The notes beneath the pieces were generated by a model, which searched no databases, was not told the DNA's origin, and saw nothing but the letters and a program-made list of their open reading frames with translations. Of a DNA stretch of 64,000 nt, positions 55,036-64,000 are shown piece after piece; the first letter of the stretch is position 1, and every line of letters starts with the position of its first letter. The stretch comes from Candidatus Latescibacterota bacterium (GTDB lineage: Bacteria; Latescibacterota; UBA2968; UBA8231): NCBI GenBank assembly GCA_963422735.1, contig OY730476.1, positions 160,001 to 224,000 on the forward strand, in the 5' to 3' direction. The position numbers and the translations under genes were made by a program.

Positions 55036-56238
55036 ATGAATATCCAAAAAAAAGATATCGACATCATCGATCTACTAACGGCACTACACGCGGGCCGATG
55101 GCTGATCATCGGTGGCACCTTGGCCATCTGCGTCTTGGCCGGTGGCCTCAGCTTCCTCTTACCAAAGGAATACGAGGCTACCGTGCAAATTCTGCCCCCC
55201 CGAGAGGAGAAGCAGAGTTTCGGTTTTTCCAGCCTGCTTTCGTCCTTACCCATACCCACTTTGCGACTCGGGGAAAGGGGTACGCCGGCTGACATTTCGC
55301 TCGCGACCATCAGGAGCCTGACAGCGCGGCGGCGGATGGTCGAGAAATTTGACTTGATGCAGCGCTACGAGGCGCGCATCCTGACCGACGCGCTCGAGAC
55401 TCTCGCCGATAAAACCACGGCCGACATGACCGAAGAGGGCATGCTTGCGGTATCAGTACTCGACCAAGATCCGCAGATGGCCGCCGACATGGCCAATTAT
55501 TACATCGTCCTGCTCGACAGCACCAACAAGCAATTCTCGCATAAGACCGCCTCCGAGCGCTTGAATTTTATCCGCGGGCTTTTGCAAGAAGAGGATAAAA
55601 AGCTAGAGGACAAGATGAAGCGGCTGGAGAAGTTCCAGTCCGAGCACAACGCCATCTCGATCGCGGACCAAGCCCGCGCTGCGATTCTGACTGCCACCTC
55701 TATGCAGACCGCCGCGATAGAACTCGCAATTGAACGCCAACGGCTTATTCTATCTGGGCTAGGTCCCGGCCACGACAAAGTCAAAAAGCTCGAGCGCGAA
55801 ATTCTACTGCGGGAGGGGGTTTTGGCTTTCTTGAGCGACGGCCTCAAACCCGCCGACAACGACGTACTGAAAAACAAATCGCTGCAACTAGAGTTGGACG
55901 AAAACCTCTTCCTGCCGCTGAAGCAGATCCCGGGCGTGGCCCAAGAGTACGCGACCCTCGAAAAGGACGTACTCGTGCAGACGTCTCTTTTGCTGGTCCT
56001 GCTGCAACAGGAGGCCCAAGCCCTGATTGAGGCCAAGGACGCCACTTCAACCGTGCAGGTACTCGATCCGGCCACTCCCCCCGAAATCAAGGCGCGGCCC
56101 CAGCGCGTGCTGATCGTATTTATCGCCGGCCTACTCAGCCTTTTTGCCTCGATTTCCTATGTGCTGGGGGCGGTGTACGTGCGAGATCTCAAACAGCGCT
56201 GGGGCGAGCGGCGCGAGACGACGCCTGAAGTTCTATGA
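55036..56238 (+). CDS. Polysaccharide chain-length determinant (Wzz/GumC-like)
   Basis: IDIIDLL + TM1, PKEYEAT, coiled coil, VQVLDPATPP..KARP + TM2. Confidence 0.85.
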   Translation: MNIQKKDIDIIDLLTALHAGRWLIIGGTLAICVLAGGLSFLLPKEYEATVQILPPREEKQSFGFSSLLSSLPIPTLRLGERGTPADISLATIRSLTARRRMVEKFDLMQRYEARILTDALETLADKTTADMTEEGMLAVSVLDQDPQMAADMANYYIVLLDSTNKQFSHKTASERLNFIRGLLQEEDKKLEDKMKRLEKFQSEHNAISIADQARAAILTATSMQTAAIELAIERQRLILSGLGPGHDKVKKLEREILLREGVLAFLSDGLKPADNDVLKNKSLQLELDENLFLPLKQIPGVAQEYATLEKDVLVQTSLLLVLLQQEAQALIEAKDATSTVQVLDPATPPEIKARPQRVLIVFIAGLLSLFASISYVLGAVYVRDLKQRWGERRETTPEVL

Positions 56239-56672
56239 CTATTCAAGTGAAGGTGATCAACAAGGGAGGTCAACCGCTGCCCACCTATGAGACGGCGCAC
56301 AGCGCGGGTCTCGACTTGCGCGCCGCGTTGTCAGCAGCAGTAGTCTTAGCACCCGGCGAGCGCGGCCTCATTCCCACGGGTCTGTTCCTCGAAATCCCCT
56401 CGGGCTACGAGGCACAGGTTAGGCCGCGCAGTGGCTTGGCCCTCAAGCGTGGCCTGACGCTGCTCAACGCCCCGGGCACGATTGATGCCGATTACCGAGG
56501 CGAAGTCGGCATCATCATGGTCAACCTTTCGGCCGAGGAGCAGCGCATCGGCCCAGGCGACCGCATCGCCCAGCTCATTTTCGCGCCGGTGACGCACGGC
56601 GAGTGGATCGAGGTGGATACGCTCGCTGAAACGGAGCGCGGCAGCGGTGGCTTTGGCTCGACGGGGGCGTAG
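56235..56672 (+). CDS. dut: dUTP diphosphatase
   Basis: AGLDL, RPRSGLA, GTIDADYRGE, GDRIAQ, RGSGGFGSTG. Confidence 0.97.
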   Translation: MTIQVKVINKGGQPLPTYETAHSAGLDLRAALSAAVVLAPGERGLIPTGLFLEIPSGYEAQVRPRSGLALKRGLTLLNAPGTIDADYRGEVGIIMVNLSAEEQRIGPGDRIAQLIFAPVTHGEWIEVDTLAETERGSGGFGSTGA

Positions 56673-56702
56673 CTTGCCGGAAAGCATCTGTACCAACGAA
56701 TT

Positions 56703-56735
56703 GGCCGCTGGGTTCCACAGCCCGGCGGCCTTTTT
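56703..56735 (+). terminator. Rho-independent terminator after dut
   Basis: GGCCGCTGGG...CCCGGCGGCC followed by TTTTT. Confidence 0.8.
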
Positions 56736-56798
56736 CGGTCCTTTTACCACGAACATTCGGGTTTTCATTCCGAATGTTCATGGTTATATTATCGCATT

Positions 56799-57956
56799 AT
56801 GCTTTCAAGGCCCAATTATCTTCAGCGTATAAACACGGCCCTCAGGCGCTCGCCCATCACCGCGCTCCTTGGGCCTCGACAGTGTGGCAAGACGACTTTG
56901 GCCCGGATGGTCGCCCGAGATAGCGATGCCACGTACTTCGATCTCGAGTCTCCCCAAGATACGGCGCGGCTCCAAAATCCGGAACTGGCGCTCTCGGCCG
57001 CATCGAACCTGACGATCATCGACGAAATCCAACGGATGCCCCCCTTGTTCAATGTGCTCCGCGTCTTGGTCGATCGGATGCCCGACCACAGACGCTTCCT
57101 AATTTTGGGCAGTGCCTCGCCGGATGTGGTGAAAAACGTGTCCGAATCGCTGGCTGGTCGCGTCGAATTCATCGATCTGGCCGGCTTCAACCTCCTTGAG
57201 GTCAGCGCAAAATCTGCCCTCCGGCTATGGGTGCGCGGCGGTTTTCCGCGATCCTTTCTGGCCGCCACAGACGAGGATAGCTCGGCGTGGAGGGAGGGCT
57301 TTGTGCGGACATTCCTCGAAAGAGATATACCCCAGCTCGGGCTCTCGATTCCGGCACCGGCCATAAGACGCTTCTGGACGATGCTCGCACACTATCACGG
57401 CCACATCTGGAATGCGTCCGAACTGGCCCGGTCCATGGGACTGAGCGACAAAACCGTCCGCAGGTACTTGGATCTGCTCACGGATACGTATATGGTTCGC
57501 CAACTGCAACCGTGGCACGAGAATATCGGCAAACGCCAAGTGAAAGCGCCGAAAATCTACCTGCGCGACAGCGGACTTGTACACAGCCTCCTAGCCCTTC
57601 CGAACCACCGCGCCTTGAGCGCCCACCCCGTGGTCGGTGTCTCTTGGGAGGGCTTTGTGCTCGAGCAGCTAATGCTGACCATGCGCCCGGAAGCCGCTTA
57701 CTTTTGGGCAACCTATCAGGGTGCTGAGATCGCTCTCTTTTTCTTTTACAAGGGGAAACGGTTCGGCATTGAGATCAAACACAGCGAGCGTCCCAAAATC
57801 ACTCGCTCCGCTCGAACAGCCCTCGCCGACTTAGGCCTTCAACACTTGTGGATCGTCTATCCGGGAGACCATAGCTATCCGGTTGACGACCGCATCAACG
57901 TCGTACCTCTGACCGCCATCGAACAACTCAGCGTACAGATTGATCAATTCGCGTGA
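56799..57956 (+). CDS. AAA+ ATPase (AAA_14 plus DUF4143 type)
   Basis: GPRQCGKTT, IIDEIQ, LGSAS, ESLAGR, GGFP, KAPKIYLRDSG, IEIK. Confidence 0.88.
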   Translation: MLSRPNYLQRINTALRRSPITALLGPRQCGKTTLARMVARDSDATYFDLESPQDTARLQNPELALSAASNLTIIDEIQRMPPLFNVLRVLVDRMPDHRRFLILGSASPDVVKNVSESLAGRVEFIDLAGFNLLEVSAKSALRLWVRGGFPRSFLAATDEDSSAWREGFVRTFLERDIPQLGLSIPAPAIRRFWTMLAHYHGHIWNASELARSMGLSDKTVRRYLDLLTDTYMVRQLQPWHENIGKRQVKAPKIYLRDSGLVHSLLALPNHRALSAHPVVGVSWEGFVLEQLMLTMRPEAAYFWATYQGAEIALFFFYKGKRFGIEIKHSERPKITRSARTALADLGLQHLWIVYPGDHSYPVDDRINVVPLTAIEQLSVQIDQFA

Positions 57957-58012
57957 GCAGTAGCTTGGGGGTCATAGCACCGCGTCGTCCAACTACAGAG
58001 GAGAAAACAAAC

Positions 58013-58526
58013 ATGGAACACGTTTATTTTATGCCTTGGATCGGCGATAACTACCGGAGTGGGCGTCCTTGGCGAATCTCATTATCAATGGGACGAAGAG
58101 ATCCCTGTACTACCCGGATTGACGATTGAGTGTATCGAGGCGCAGATATCCGGTAAAGAAACTCGGGCGTTCTGGACGAACATTGCGATTGCGTTCCTGA
58201 ACAAGCGTCCTTCTGCCGAGGACAAGAGAGAGTTTTGGCATTCCGTTGCTTTTTACAACTACATTTAGGAGTGCGTTGGGTTTGGACCAGGCGTTCCTAC
58301 CAAGGAGATGTGGGAAAAAGCCCGTGAACCGTTCAAAGAAGTGCTTTTTGAACTTCGTCCTCAATTTATCGCCGTGCTTGGCTATGGGTTGTGGCACAAC
58401 CTTCCAGACAATGGCTCACAAGGATCGACAGAAAGCGATTGGTGCTATCCACACGCGTGGGCGTTTCGGATGAAGGCTCCAGTAAAGGGTTTGATACGGG
58501 CACTCGGTCGTACGCCGAGTATCTGA
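58013..58526 (+). pseudogene. Degraded hypothetical protein, possibly uracil-DNA glycosylase-like fold
   Basis: GAGGAG RBS; FMPWIGDNY / VLGESHY / FWHSVAFYNYI* / F..VLFELRPQFIAVLG; frameshift and in-frame TAG. Confidence 0.55.
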
Positions 58527-58581
58527 GGGTGCTTGTCCTAGGCTGCACAGGAATGCGCTAAGCCGCAGGCTCTTGACGACA

Positions 58582-58620
58582 AAAGAGGCCGGCACTCCAA
58601 AAAGGAGTACCGGCCTCTTT
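58582..58620. terminator. Bidirectional Rho-independent terminator
   Basis: AAAGAGGCCGG-CACTCC-AAAAA-GGAGTA-CCGGCCTCTTT between convergent genes. Confidence 0.85.
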
Positions 58621-58642
58621 GCGTTGTATCCATTACGGCTGG

Positions 58643-58912
58643 CTAACTCGCGCCTCCAGACAGTGCCGGCAGGAAATGCACCTCGCTGTGCGGCCCCACC
58701 TTAGCCCGCAGCCCAGCCGCGACCACTTCGCCATCAACGGCAACGGCAATCTCGGTCTTGATGCGGTCGCCATCGAGAATCCGCTCTTTGAACTTAGGGT
58801 AGCGGGCGTCGAGCGCGGCAACGACCTCGCGCACGGTCGCGCCCTCTACCTCTACTTGCTGCTGGCCGGCGGTCAGCTTCTGCATCAGCGAGGGAATCCA
58901 AACGACGGGCAT
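58643..58912 (-). CDS. MoaD/ThiS-family ubiquitin-like protein
   Basis: VEVEGATVREVVAALDARYP, AVAVDG, EVHFLPALSGG(AS). Confidence 0.85.
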   Translation of the reverse strand: MPVVWIPSLMQKLTAGQQQVEVEGATVREVVAALDARYPKFKERILDGDRIKTEIAVAVDGEVVAAGLRAKVGPHSEVHFLPALSGGAS

Positions 58913-58917
58913 AGCTT

Positions 58918-61173
58918 TTAGCTACTCCCGGCCAGCGCGGCGACAATGCGGTCGGGCTTCATGGGCAATTCCTGCGGACGCACACCGAGCGCGTCCCCAA
59001 TGGCCGCCGCAATGGCCGCTGGCGGTGGGGCGATGTTGGCCTCGCCGACCCCGCGCACGCCATAGGGGTGGCCAGGGTTGGGGACCTCGACGATGATGGT
59101 CTCAATCATCGGCAGATCGAGGCTGGTTGGGATCCGGTAGTCGAGATAGCTGGAATTGTCGAGGTGGCCGTCGCGGCTGTAGAAGTACTCCTCGTTGAGT
59201 GCCCAACCAATGCCTTGGGCCGATCCGCCCTGCATCTGGCCCTCTACGTACGCCGGGTGAATTGCCCGGCCGGCGTCTTGGACGACCGTAAAGCGCAAAA
59301 TCTCGACCTTGCCGGTCTCGGGATCCACCTCGACATCGGCGATATTGGCCGCAAAGGAACCGCCGACGCCCGAGTCTGGATTCACGGTGGCGCGACCAAT
59401 GACCGGGCCGCCGGTCTCTTCGAGTCGGCCAGCCAGTTCCTTAAAGGTCAGCGCGTTATCGCCGAAACGGAAGACGCCGTCGGCAAACTCGACTTGGCTT
59501 ACTTCGACCTCCCAGAGCTGGGCCGCACGCTCGCAGAGCTGGTCCCGCACGTCGAGGGCGGCCTTGTACGCGGCCCAGCCGGTGGCGTATGTCACGCGGC
59601 TGCCACCGGTTACGTCCGTGTGGCCGATTGAGTCCGTGTCGGCCACCTGCGGTTTGACGTCTTCGGCCCGCAGGCCCAAGGTCTCGGCAAACTGCATGGC
59701 GACCGACGTGCGCGTACCGCCGATGTCGGTCGAACCCTCGACTAAGCAGACCGTGCCGTCTGCGTTGACGCTTGCCGTGCAGGAGGACTTGAGCCCGACG
59801 TTGAACCAATAGCCGACCGAGATGCCGCGCCCTCCGTTGGGGCCAGCGGGTGCTGGACTCTGGTAGTGCTCCGAGTTGGCGATGGCCTCCAACACCTCCT
59901 TGCAGCCCATCTTAGGATACACCACGCCGTCAATGCGGCGGGTGCCGGTGGTCGCGCTGTTTTTGAGCCGGATCGCTAGCGGATCCATCCCCAATTCGGC
60001 GGCCAGCAGATCGACCACGTGCTCGGTGGCGAAGGCCACCTGAGTCGAACCCGGGGCGCGATACGCGAAACTCCGCGGCTTGTTGACCACTACGTCATAG
60101 CAGTCAATCCGGCCATCGGGTATGTCGTAGCACGAAAACACGCACATAGCGGCTGCGCCGACCAAGCCGCCGGGATAAGCCCCGGATTCAAAGGCGATAT
60201 AGGCGTCGGCGGCTACGATCTTGCCGCTTTTGTCAGCACCCATCTTGATCTTGATGTACGACCCAGGGGTCGGGCCGGTACTCTCGAAGACGGCTGGCCG
60301 GGTCATAACCATCTTGACGGGTTGGCCGCTCGCCTTGGAGAGCAGGGCGGCGACCGGCTCCAAGTAAATCGGGATTTTGCCGCCAAAGCCGCCGCCGATC
60401 TCTTGGGGCACGACCTTGATCTTGGAAATGGGTATGTCCAAGACCGCGCCGACTTGGGCGCGCGCGGTGAATGAACCTTGAGTGCTGGTCCAGATCGTCA
60501 ACTGGCCATCGGCGTTCCAGCTCGCCGTGGCGTTGTGTGGCTCAATGTACCCTTGATGTACGGTAGCAGTCTGAAACTCGCGCTCCACGACTACGTCGGC
60601 CTCGGCAAAGGCCCTGTCTGGATCGCCGAGCTTGTGCTCAAAGTGGGTGGCGAGGTTGCTCTTGTGGCCGGTGTCTTCCCCAAACTCTTGGGTGGTCATG
60701 TCGTCGTGGAGTTGGGGCGCACCCTCCTGCATGGCCTCGCGCACATCGAGCACGGGATCTAGGACCTCGTACTCGACTTCGATCAGGTCGAGGGCCTCTT
60801 CGGCAATGTGGACGTTGGTAGCGGCGATGGCGGTGACTGGATGCCCGCTGTACAGGACCTTATCCGTAGCCAGCACGTTGTCGCGCAGGTATTTGAGCCG
60901 AGCCGGGCCTTCGCCGAGATCGACCATTTGGTCTCCGGCATTGGGCAGATCGAAGCCTGTGAGAATAGCCTTGACCCCAGGCAGGGCAGCGGCTTTAGCA
61001 GTGTCTATGGACTTAATGCGCGCATGGGCGTGGGGCGAGCGCAGGACCTGTCCGTAGAGCAAGCCGGCCAACCGGGTGTCGCCGCCGTAAATGGCGCGCC
61101 CAGTGACTTTATCAACGCCATCGTGGCGGATGGGACGGGTGCCGATGACTTTGTAGCCGTTTGTGGCAGACAT
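58918..61173 (-). CDS. Xanthine dehydrogenase-family molybdopterin-binding large subunit
   Basis: DKVTGRAIY, RSPHAHARI, GGGFGGK, AYRAPG, VEGQMQGG, RGVGE; GAGGAGG RBS before ATG 61173. Confidence 0.93.
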   Translation of the reverse strand: MSATNGYKVIGTRPIRHDGVDKVTGRAIYGGDTRLAGLLYGQVLRSPHAHARIKSIDTAKAAALPGVKAILTGFDLPNAGDQMVDLGEGPARLKYLRDNVLATDKVLYSGHPVTAIAATNVHIAEEALDLIEVEYEVLDPVLDVREAMQEGAPQLHDDMTTQEFGEDTGHKSNLATHFEHKLGDPDRAFAEADVVVEREFQTATVHQGYIEPHNATASWNADGQLTIWTSTQGSFTARAQVGAVLDIPISKIKVVPQEIGGGFGGKIPIYLEPVAALLSKASGQPVKMVMTRPAVFESTGPTPGSYIKIKMGADKSGKIVAADAYIAFESGAYPGGLVGAAAMCVFSCYDIPDGRIDCYDVVVNKPRSFAYRAPGSTQVAFATEHVVDLLAAELGMDPLAIRLKNSATTGTRRIDGVVYPKMGCKEVLEAIANSEHYQSPAPAGPNGGRGISVGYWFNVGLKSSCTASVNADGTVCLVEGSTDIGGTRTSVAMQFAETLGLRAEDVKPQVADTDSIGHTDVTGGSRVTYATGWAAYKAALDVRDQLCERAAQLWEVEVSQVEFADGVFRFGDNALTFKELAGRLEETGGPVIGRATVNPDSGVGGSFAANIADVEVDPETGKVEILRFTVVQDAGRAIHPAYVEGQMQGGSAQGIGWALNEEYFYSRDGHLDNSSYLDYRIPTSLDLPMIETIIVEVPNPGHPYGVRGVGEANIAPPPAAIAAAIGDALGVRPQELPMKPDRIVAALAGSS

Positions 61174-61193
61174 GGCGTTCCTCCTCGTTGGGG

Positions 61194-61388
61194 TTACACC
61201 TGTTTGAGGTTGGTGGGGGGCTCCCGCTTGATAGCCCACGCCAGCGCAACAACCCATCCTACGAGCGTCCAGCCGAGGAATAGGTTGACTACAAAGATTA
61301 AGGCGCGGCTTTTTTCTTTGTCCCTTATCACGAGCAGGGTTGGCAGGAAATACACAAGAGAGCCGACTATAGATAGCATCCACTCCAT
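61194..61388 (-). CDS. Superinfection immunity (T4 Imm-like) small membrane protein
   Basis: YFLPTL...IFVVNLFLGWTLVGWVVALAWA signature; GGAGGAG RBS. Confidence 0.8.
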   Translation of the reverse strand: MEWMLSIVGSLVYFLPTLLVIRDKEKSRALIFVVNLFLGWTLVGWVVALAWAIKREPPTNLKQV

Positions 61389-61402
61389 AGTGCTCCTCCA
61401 GC

Positions 61403-61882
61403 TCAGGCGCTTTGGCGGACTTCCTCAGCAGCGTCGAGGACTGCGCGGACGATCTTGTCGTAGCCCGTGCAACGGCACAAGTTGCCGGCCAGCCAGTGCC
61501 GCACTTCGTGCTCGGAAGGGTGGGGGTTGTGGTCGAGCAGGGCCTTGGAGGCCACCAAAAAGCCCGGAGTGCAGATACCGCATTGAAGCGCGGCGTGTTC
61601 GAGAAACTTCTGCTGCACCGGGTGCAAGCTATCCGGGCTGGCAAGGCCCTCGACCGTTTCGATTTCCTTGCCCTCGGCCTCGACGGCCAGCATTAGACAA
61701 GAATCGACGAGGATGCCGTCAACGGCGATGGAGCACGCACCGCAGTTGCCGTCGTTGCAGCCCTCTTTGGTGCCGGTGAAGCCGAGCGTCTCGCGCAATA
61801 CCTCGAGCAGGCTGTGGCGCGGCTCGCAGAGAAATTCGGTCGGCTCTCCGTTGATCGTGGTTTGGACGTGTGTTTTGCTCAT
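61403..61882 (-). CDS. 2Fe-2S small subunit (CoxS/XdhC-like)
   Basis: GTKEGCNDGNCGAC, QCGICTPG, GNLCRCTGY. Confidence 0.95.
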   Translation of the reverse strand: MSKTHVQTTINGEPTEFLCEPRHSLLEVLRETLGFTGTKEGCNDGNCGACSIAVDGILVDSCLMLAVEAEGKEIETVEGLASPDSLHPVQQKFLEHAALQCGICTPGFLVASKALLDHNPHPSEHEVRHWLAGNLCRCTGYDKIVRAVLDAAEEVRQSA

Positions 61883-61970
61883 GTACCTTAACTCCGAATT
61901 TGGGCCGCTTGCTGCGGCTAGTGAAGAGTGTTTCCCGCCGACCGGATGGTCGGTGCAAGTATCTAACCCT

Positions 61971-62879
61971 CTAGCCAGCCGCTTCCTGCACGGCGTTGGC
62001 GACGAACTGGCCGCGAGCCCGCGCGACAGCCCCCGCGAGGGTGCGCTTGACCAGTACCCCGACGAGGTGGGTGCGGAACTCAGCCGGGCCGCGCATATCG
62101 GAAATCGGGCGAGCCACGCTCTGGGTCATTGCAGCAGCCGTTGCGATGGCCTCGTCTGAGACGGCTTGGCCCGCTAGGCTGTCGCCGGCCTCGCTGGCGA
62201 AAATCGGCGTGGGGCCGACCGCGGCGAGCGCGATGCGTGCGGACTTAAACTCCTTGCCGCGCTTGGCCAAGACGACGTGGGAGGACACTCCGACGACGGC
62301 GATGTCCATCTCGTTGCGCGGAATGAAGCGCTGGTAGTGAGAGCCTGTGTTCTTCTTGGCAACCGGGATCTGGAGAGAAACCAAGATCTCGCCGGGCGCG
62401 AGCACGTTGCGGCCCGGGGCGGTGCAAAAATCCTCTACGGCGACTTGGCGCTTGTCGTCCGGCCCGGCGATGTGGCACACGGCCGAGTGGGTAATCAGGC
62501 TGGGGATCGCGTCCGCGCTGGGAGAGGCGTTACACAAATTGCCGCCAAAGGTGGCGCGGCCCTGTATTTGGATGCCGCCAATAATGGCGGCCGAATCGAC
62601 GAGCCCAGGGTATCGCTCGACGATTCCGGGGTCATTGTAGATGCGCCAGCAGGGCACAGCCGCGCCGATGATCAAACCCCGGCGGGGGCCGTAGGAAAGC
62701 TCGTTGGCCTCGGGGACGTTTTTGACGTCGAGGATGCAGTCGGGCGCAAAACGCTTCCCGCGCAACTGGACGATCAAGTCGGTGCCACCAGCGAGGATGC
62801 GGGCGGCCTCGCCCTTTTCGGCCTTGAGGGCCACGGCCTCGCGCAACGTGCTAGGGGCGCAGTATGCAAAATTTTTCAA
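61971..62879 (-). CDS. FAD-binding medium subunit (CoxM/XdhB-like)
   Basis: LAGGTDL, RATFGGNLCNASPSAD, PISDMRG. Confidence 0.93.
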   Translation of the reverse strand: MKNFAYCAPSTLREAVALKAEKGEAARILAGGTDLIVQLRGKRFAPDCILDVKNVPEANELSYGPRRGLIIGAAVPCWRIYNDPGIVERYPGLVDSAAIIGGIQIQGRATFGGNLCNASPSADAIPSLITHSAVCHIAGPDDKRQVAVEDFCTAPGRNVLAPGEILVSLQIPVAKKNTGSHYQRFIPRNEMDIAVVGVSSHVVLAKRGKEFKSARIALAAVGPTPIFASEAGDSLAGQAVSDEAIATAAAMTQSVARPISDMRGPAEFRTHLVGVLVKRTLAGAVARARGQFVANAVQEAAG

Positions 62880-62926
62880 GGAAAAGCCTCCTCATTTCTA
62901 AGTAATGGTCGCTACGTTCGCGCCTA

Positions 62927-62955
62927 ATTATGGACTGAGCCATTCCCGCTGTCAA
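62927..62955 (-). promoter_or_regulatory. sigma70-type promoter of the molybdoenzyme operon
   Basis: TTGACA-N17-CATAAT on the minus strand. Confidence 0.75.
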
Positions 62956-63119
62956 GAGCGGAGAAAGGCCCCTCATCGCAGTTGGAATGAGCACCTGAGC
63001 GAGCCTGCTCGGGGCAGGTGCAACCCCGAAAAAAACGTCCTCGCGCCGCCATTGAGGGCCATGGCCCAGCCCCAAGGATGCCTCTAACCGGAGGGGGCTC
63101 ACCCTCATAAGGGGCAAAC

Positions 63120-63185
63120 CGAGGAGAGAAAAGGTCTAGGTCGCCATCGCCATCTAAGTCGGTCAAGACGCCGCTCCCCTACATG
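63120..63185 (-). pseudogene. Fragment of an FG-GAP/VCBS-type repeat
   Basis: GSGVLTDLDGDGDLDLF with no surrounding intact gene. Confidence 0.4.
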
Positions 63186-63261
63186 CCCTAACCCCGGTGT
63201 AATCGGATAAAAGACCGGATACTATATATGGCCAACGACAGGCCGCATCAACAATTTCTCG

Positions 63262-64000
63262 TCAATCGCTTTCTATCTCCGCCTCCAAACTCCAATAGAC
63301 CGTTTCGATCCAGCGCTGCGTTGGCACGAAAGACCACTCCCACGACGCCCATTGAGAGCCGAGTCCTTCTGCGCGGATCTGGTCGAGGGACCTGCCCGCG
63401 CTCCGGCGCGTGCGTACGCTGGCCGTAGTTTCCACCAACATGCGATGATAGGTCTTCAGGTCGTCGAGGGTAGCGACCGGGCCGTGGCCGGGGATGATTT
63501 TCGCGTCCGCAGAAAGCTGATCGATGAGCGTGGCGATGTGTTGCGTCAGGGTCTCGACGTCGCCGCCGTACTCTAGATCGACAAAGGGGAAGAGGCCGTT
63601 GAAGAAGAGGTCGCCGAGATGGGCGATTTGAGCGTTGACAAAGAATACGGCGATGTCTCCGTCTGTGTGGCCGTGGGGAAAGTGAACGGCCCGGATTTCC
63701 TCGCCGTTGAAGAACAGGGACGCCGACTGCTCAAACACAACCACTGGCAAGGCAACCGCCGGCGCAGGCTCAACGAACCGCTTGCCAAATTCACCGCCCG
63801 TCGCCAAGCGTTTGCGGGTGTTGACGTGGGCCAAAATCGTCACGTGCTGGCCAAAAGCGCGGTTGCCGCCGGTGTGGTCGGCGTGGAAATGCGTATTGAA
63901 GATGTACTGAGGCTGACCGGCAAAACGAACTAACACAGTGCGCACTGCATCGGCCTGCGACGCCAACTTGTCATCCACCAAAAGAATGCCATCGTCTCCG
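63262..64000 (-). CDS. MBL-fold metallo-hydrolase (cyclase-like), 5' end beyond window
   Basis: NTHFHADHTGGN, GHTDGD, HLGDLFF, IPGHG. Confidence 0.9.
   Translation of the reverse strand, partial: GDDGILLVDDKLASQADAVRTVLVRFAGQPQYIFNTHFHADHTGGNRAFGQHVTILAHVNTRKRLATGGEFGKRFVEPAPAVALPVVVFEQSASLFFNGEEIRAVHFPHGHTDGDIAVFFVNAQIAHLGDLFFNGLFPFVDLEYGGDVETLTQHIATLIDQLSADAKIIPGHGPVATLDDLKTYHRMLVETTASVRTRRSAGRSLDQIRAEGLGSQWASWEWSFVPTQRWIETVYWSLEAEIESD

Noticed and set aside
61174-61644. 157-aa N-terminal extension of the Mo subunit (908-aa ORF)
   Set aside because: It overlaps the real 2Fe-2S and Imm genes, and there is a clear RBS plus ATG at 61173.
58918-62879. Aerobic CO dehydrogenase (coxMSL)
   Set aside because: Lacks the AYxCSFR motif and the coxDEFG accessory genes.

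Overview
A GC-rich bacterial chromosome window with two parts. Bases 1-26811 hold the core rplA-rplJL-rpoBC-str-S10-spc-alpha cluster. It is intact except that rplC (uL3) is missing between rpsJ and rplD, and RpoB carries unusual residues in the rifamycin pocket. Bases ~27-64 kb are an accessory/metabolic region: RlmD, a PHP hydrolase, two Gfo/Idh/MocA-like paralogs, an aldo-keto reductase, a TPR-sugar dehydrogenase fusion, a GH99-like enzyme, a PhyH dioxygenase, a sulfatase, murD, argC, TatD, polysaccharide export genes, dut, an AAA ATPase and a xanthine-dehydrogenase-family operon. This part also has many decayed gene fragments and a (GACCACA)22 array. The best candidate for new biology is a small DUF5069-like gene absent from the ORF track (49274-49540). 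Its in-frame TGA sits where I recall the family has a Cys, and it is followed by a SECIS-like hairpin, so it is a putative selenoprotein; it lies 1 nt upstream of an FNR-type reductase gene. Second is a glycogenin-like GT8 fused in frame to an RRM RNA-binding domain. Gene content loosely suggests an uncultured Latescibacterota/Gemmatimonadota-like organism (weak inference). No rRNA, tRNA or CRISPR array was recognised. All family assignments come from motif recognition by eye; no database searches were run.
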